A stretch of 59,542 bases of DNA, filler included, from Bipalium vagum (taxonomy: Eukaryota): NCBI GenBank assembly GCA_037834085.1. It is 3 parts of 3 records of this genome, joined end to end, with 100 filler letters (N's around TTAATTAATTAA, not from the genome) between each part and the next. Parts side by side here need not be neighbours in the genome. Positions count along the whole stretch, not along the records: positions 43,983 to 59,542 come from JBBMKC010159743.1; 2 more parts are not named here. One strand, given 5' to 3'. Shown piece by piece: positions 54,768-59,542 of the stretch. The notes beneath the pieces were generated by a model that was not told where the DNA came from, did not search any database, and saw nothing but the letters and a program-made list of their open reading frames with translations. A program made the position numbers and the translations under genes. How positions within the stretch are numbered: the stretch's first letter is position 1; each line of letters begins with the position of its first letter.

Positions 54768-55445
54768 TTTTCTTACTACTGGATAAAAAATCATCATGAT
54801 TCGTTTAAATTCATTAAAGAACCCGCTAGGAAATATTCTATGTACAAGGGGTTTTTTTTCATCCGAAAGATATTTTTGGATATAGAGTAGATCTAAATTA
54901 AAAGAAAAAATAATGGAATAAAAATTAAAATAAGTTACATTAAATCTGTTAAATAAGATATTTAATAACAAAATTCAATGATTGGTGGATAAAGCAGAAC
55001 ATGAGGGATATTTGATTTATCCGAACTTCGAAAAGTTAAAATATTGAATTTTTCGTAAAACTAATTTTTAAAAGATTTTGATAATTAATAATAGTTCAAG
55101 AGGGTGAAGAATATTAAAGGAAAAGTTTTAATAATAAAATCAATAAGATCATAATATAAAATTAATTATCTTGGTTTGTTTATAGAAGAAGCAAAAGAAT
55201 GGTGGATTAAGGTTTGGATCTCTAAAATCCATGACCCAAGCATAAAGTTTAAAACTGTTTTCATACATCAATGTTTTGAGTCTCAACAGTAAAACTGGAG
55301 AAATGAGAACTTTAGGAGATCTCGAGAATGATTTTTTATTTTCAAAAATGATCAGTAATATGAAAACGAAGCTCCTCGAGCTTATGGGCGGAGATAAGAA
55401 ATAGAGATACATAAATGAAAAGAAAATGAAACGTTACTTACCCAT
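45623..55445 (-). CDS. SLC47A1: Multidrug and toxin extrusion (MATE1/SLC47-like) transporter, 3' partial; exons 55445-55442, 54892-54777, 54196-54095, 52363-52295, 51090-51042, 49563-49464, 47997-47955, 47914-47772, 46229-46132, 46088-45904, 45850-45742, 45698-45623
   Basis: Twelve phase-compatible exons give about 364 aa: FPSGFFNEFK..YPV|TF..CGHLTRVEFNAVALASS|LINLFG...STAYDTLFAQ|IYGSGQKKKMGSLLQK|A...NQDPLVSR|LTARY..LPGLF|..KYLQNQNII.P..|ASA...TWDG|FS...GIPGLFMNILEEWNFEVG..ELDAQSI..YM|ITAGLSISVG..IGHYLG..|..LFTNDE. This is colinear with human MATE1 TM1-TM9. The symbol denotes the family; orthology is not established. Confidence 0.9.
46762..47473 (-). mobile_element. Tc1 internal-deletion derivative (712 bp) in a MATE intron
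   Basis: TA|CACTGGTGGCCAAAAAAGTAGTACACTTTT ... AAAAGTGTACTACTTTTTTTGGCCATCAGTA|TA. Retains an N-terminal HTH piece (GRSSRTT) and the C-terminal WNSIP...SMPERL..CI. Confidence 0.92.
48190..48913 (+). mobile_element. Degenerate mariner
   Basis: Decayed N-terminal WFQRL and C-terminal YSPI.LLDYHLF...W..T..N..LY remnants, with a TIR-like end. Confidence 0.65.
49740..50200 (-). mobile_element. Degenerate mariner
   Basis: Minus-strand HYDTDT and LTHQPNSA remnants. Confidence 0.5.
51225..51732 (-). mobile_element. Tc2/pogo-type deletion derivative (508 bp)
   Basis: TA|TCGTGTTTCCCCTATTACAAG ... CTTGTAATGAGGGCAACACGG|TA, with GGCTTATATTCGGGTA repeats. Encodes VAKWVWKVWDCI, a pogo-type C-terminal helix. 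Confidence 0.85.
52470..53150 (-). mobile_element. Penelope-like retroelement reverse transcriptase remnant
   Basis: VSFVVSS*FTNV...YMQRGGVAIGSPLG..LA..LMNNLE...RYVDE...IKFIIEKE..LPFFD...TSIYRK, the diagnostic PLE RT motif order. Confidence 0.85.
53300..53961 (+). mobile_element. Solo-LTR-like dispersed repeat, copy C (opposite orientation), interrupted by a MITE
   Basis: Core AATGAGGCTGCAGCAACAGGATTTTACAATGGGACCCATCGAATTTGGG matches the reverse complement of copy B. Ends in ...AATAGTAACA. Confidence 0.6.
53519..53719. mobile_element. pogo/Tigger-type MITE (201 bp)
   Basis: Perfect 24-bp TIRs CAGTCGGCGCTCAGTTATTTGAAC, TA on both sides, and repeated TTCAAATAACT subterminal motifs. Confidence 0.95.
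54699..54767 (+). repeat. (AAT)n microsatellite in MATE intron 2
   Basis: Perfect array of about 69 bp. Confidence 0.98.
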
Positions 55446-55971
55446 TTGACTGAATTCTATTGATGACCACAGCTGCAAAAAACAATATTGAGAATTTCTA
55501 AAAATCAAATGACATGGTCTTTCCAGTTCATTGATTTTCATTCATCATCATGCGAAAGATTGTACAACATAATTAGTATTAGTCAAAAACCAGTCCAATT
55601 GCAAATTTGAGCAATTGAAGACACGAAAATGATTCTTGTTATACAAACATGAAAATTGTTTTTAACATAAGAATAGATTACGTTATATGTTTAACAAAAA
55701 TTAATGTAATATCTAATAATAAAAGCTGATAAATTAATTTTTATATTATAAAATTAATTTAATTTAATTTTAAATTATGAAAAAATAAAGAGAAAAAAAA
55801 TGAAGAGGGAATTTTTATTATTTATAATATCGTTATTTTATTAATTTAAAATTTTTTTAATTAAGAATTTTAAGAAATTTTGAAAGATTTCATTTCACAT
55901 TTGTAGGAATTTGTGGTTTTAAGTCCTTTTTGATAATGTAGAGTTCTATTTGACAAAAAACATCTATAATA

Positions 55972-57214
55972 TTAGAGTGGTCGGAAAGTCTTTAGACTGA
56001 TTTAAGGTAAATCCAAAACCGTCATAAAAAATATAAAACAAAATTTTATTCTTTAAAATATAGTCCGTTGTGCTCAATAGTATTCTGCCATATTTCCGCT
56101 GGCTGACTGATTCCTCTGGCATACCATGCACTGTCTTTGGAAGCGAAAAATTCCCGGTAGGAATTTTCGACCTCTTCAACCGAAGCAAAGAGGCGTCCCC
56201 GTAGGAAATATGCTATTGACCTGAATAGGTGGTAATCAGAAAGCGCTAGGTCTGGATTGTAGGCTGTATTTGAGAGAAGATCAAACTGCTGCTCTTCAGT
56301 TTTTTGGCGCATTACCTTCGAAATATGCAGTTTGACATTATCATATTGAAGAATAACGCGTTTTCGATTGACTAAGGAAGTATAACGGGACCTCAAAGCT
56401 TCAAGCAAACGTTCTAATTGAATTTTTAATTATATGTTTTAAACTTATATAAGGAAATATATTTGCTGTTTTTTGTAGATATTTAACTATTAACTTCTAA
56501 GATACATTGTAAGATTTCATATATTTTAATAATCATATTTATATACATTGTACAATTCCAAGCTTAAATATCATAAAGTTCGTGCCACGGAACACGAGTT
56601 GTGGGTGTTTGGGCTAGTGGATGATTCCAGTTCTGCTGAAATATATTTGACCTTAGTTAACAATAGAAGTGCTGCCACTTTGTTACCAATTATAAGAATC
56701 GTGGTTAAAAAAGGATCATGTATAATTAGTGATGAGTGGAAATTGGCTAAGGATAAAAATTTTACCCATCGCACAGTTAATCACAAAAATAATTTCGTGA
56801 ACAAAGAAACCGACGCCAATATCCTGTGAATTGAATCTATCTGGGGATAATTAAAAAGCAAGACAAAATGTTTGAGGGGAATATATGAAACGGTACTGAA
56901 GTCTTACCTGACCGAAAGGACTTGGAGGCAAAACTTTCTAAAGAAAGATTCAAATGTCATATTTGATTTATTAAATAAATTTGACTAATTAATAACTGTT
57001 TTTTAATTGTCTTTCTATTGTTTTTATTCATTTTATATGTTCTTAAGTAAATTTATTTTTTATAATATTTTTTTGGATTGGAAAATGAACATGGTTTGGA
57101 AAATGAACATGATTGAGGATGTTGGATTATAAAACAAACATGAAAACCATAAGTGGGTTAGAAAAAAAACATGAGTTGAAAACTAAACATGATCCGACTT
57201 TCCAACCAGCCTAA
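55972..57214 (-). mobile_element. mariner (3' half retained) carrying a nested Merlin fragment
   Basis: Termini TA|TTAGAGTGGTCGGAAAGTC and GACTTTCCAACCAGCCTAA|TA. ORF 56408-56046 has QYDNVKLH...YNPDLALSDYHLFRS. Confidence 0.85.
56545..57195 (+). mobile_element. Merlin (ISXO2-like) 3' fragment
   Basis: WVFGLVD...VNNRSAATLLPII..VVKKGSCIISDEW...HRTVNHKNNFV..ET...IESIW. Terminal array of GAAAA(T/A)(G/A)AACATG repeats ending in ATCC. Confidence 0.88.
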
Positions 57215-59465
57215 TAATATCATAATACACAAATCATAAGACAAAAATATTTTATTCATGAACGCTTTCTTATCCAAGAAAATTGGATATTCCAAAACAT
57301 TCCAATATTAAAATATTTCGATAAAATCCAAAAAAATTTATAAATTAAACTACATAACTTTTTGACTTACTGATTTAATATTGATTTTGATTTTTACGTT
57401 ACTTAAACTACTTTGATTAAACATTTCGATTGCAATTAAAATAAGTTGCAAGTTAGAATTCTAACGATTTTTAAACAATTCTGAAGGAGTTATTTCAATT
57501 TAGTTAAAAGTTAGTGGGCACTCTGGTTTTGATTTCGGTTGATAACTCAGTGTTAGAATCTATTAAATAATTAACCCTGACTATGGATTTATAAGTTTAC
57601 TTATCAAAGATTATAAGTGATGAGAGTTTCTGTTCGGATTAAATTGTAAAGACTAGACTGGGAATATTTTAGACATGGGCGGTCTCAAAGAGAAACTGAT
57701 CTAAGGGATACTGAATACTATAGTTTTCATTACATTTGTTCTTATCAGTCATCTGCATCATATGGATTGGATTTATGAGTTCTATCTTTTTCCAATTATT
57801 TTTAATTCATTACTGCATTTCGATCAATAGATCGAGGTGTTCGCGGTACTGTCATATTATTCATAATGATCGTGAAATTAGTGCCAGGGTGAATGAAGAC
57901 ATTTTTTGATGTTGATTTTTGTTAATTGTTAATGAAAACATTATCGTTGTCATTATTTATTAAAACTTTAAAATAAATGTTTACTGTTCTGCGTAGTGTA
58001 CCCAACAAATAGATTCTTGGAGTTAGATTGAGCAAACGAGTTGGTTAATGATTACCAAATATTAACATATACATTAAAATTTTATATGATATATGTAACA
58101 GTAACGTTTCAACAATGTCTCATATCATGCGGTAAAGAATACCAAAATGTCTCTGTTGACAAGTTCCCCGACTTCCTGGTCAAATGAAAGAAATAAAACA
58201 ATGAAAATCAATAACAAAGATTATTATTATTATTAATTAATAAGTTTTTTTCGATAAAATCATCATTGTACGAGTTCAAAATCCAACAACTATAAAAATT
58301 GATTTTTAATTAAAGTCCTGGGTCATTTATTTTTTTACTATAAATAACTGTCAAATATTCTATTTTATAGTTTTTAACTAGTATAGAAAAATTTAAATAA
58401 TAAAGGAAAAAAATTAAAAATATGATTTAAATTTTATATTAAGATTAAAAGAAAGAAATTTCAGCGTTTTTATTTTATTTTTTGAAGAAATGGAAATTAC
58501 GAAAACCGTTAGAGGTGTTAAAGATATAAATTCAAAGTATTTCAATAGAAATAATAAATAAAATAAAATAAATCTCCAATTTATATATTTTTTAAACTTG
58601 CGTAGTTTGATTAAAAATATATTGGTAACGTTTCATTCTTACTTTTTGTGAGTCTTCAATTATTAATATATTTTTGAAGGATTTAACATGTCCTGCAATT
58701 CTACAACCAAATGAACATAGTTTGGCATTATGTCAATATGATTGTAAGCGATAATTTTATCAATTAAATATCGTAAAAATGCAACATGAATTTTAAGAAA
58801 TTTATTTTTTCTATTTTATCAATATTTTTGTTTTAATATTACTTTCAGAATTTTATTGTAGATTTAATGAATATTTAATAATTTTAATTTATTTTATTAA
58901 TTTTAATTTTGTATTATTTGATTTAAATGTTACTAGGTTAAATTCCATTCTTGATTTAATTGAGTTTTTAAAATTATTATTGATCTTATCTTTTAAATAT
59001 TGAAATTTCCTGTTCATATATTGTAAAATGAATTTTATTTATAATTATATATTAACTATTATTTTAAATATTTTTAAATTATTAATTAATTTATACATTA
59101 TTCTCAGAATTCTATTGTAGATTTTATAAATATTTTATATATTTAATTTAAATTATATTTTTAAATTTATATGTAGTTAACTATTGTAAATTTTGGATTT
59201 TTCGATTAAATTTACATTATATAAAATGTCTATTATTGATTTACACGAATTTTAAACTATTTTTATTGATTATCTTTTAGATATTAAACTTGTCTGTTCA
59301 TAAATTCTAAAATGAATTTAATTTTGTATTTCATAAATTTAATTGTAAGCGGAACTTATACGCATGGTATTAAATGAAAATAAAACATGAAATAACAAGA
59401 ATTCTATTTTTTATGATTAAATAAAGTTAAATATTTTAAAAGAATATATTTATAAGCTTAATTGT

Positions 59466-59470
<5 letters not shown>

Positions 59471-59542
<72 letters not shown>
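59471..59542 (+). repeat. (AAT)n microsatellite at window end
   Basis: 24 perfect units. Confidence 0.98.

Overview
Very AT-rich, intron-containing animal genomic DNA. An invertebrate origin is likely; the 40-53 nt minimal introns, (AAT)n arrays and mariner load suggest a flatworm, but that is inference. The window is three contigs (1-22472, 22573-43882, 43983-59542) joined by artificial N44-TTAATTAATTAA-N44 spacers. Three host genes can be reconstructed exon by exon: (1) a sphingolipid delta-4 desaturase (DEGS1-like, + strand, exon 1 outside the window, with a poly-Asn tail); (2) a complete 7-exon tetraspanin (- strand) with CCA in place of the canonical CCG; (3) a MATE/SLC47 transporter (- strand, 12 exons found, 3' exons missing). 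The rest is mostly a transposon graveyard: many mariner (DD34D), Tc1 and DD37D copies, pogo/Tc2-type MITEs, Merlin, a Penelope-like RT, an RLE-type (NeSL/Utopia-like) LINE, a gag-like remnant and a solo-LTR-like family with a GC-rich hairpin core. The most unexpected observation is a decayed ORF carrying staphylococcal-nuclease (SNase) catalytic motifs at 34255-34649. No CRISPR, rRNA, tRNA or convincing ribozyme was found, and I cannot claim a clear novel system from the sequence alone.
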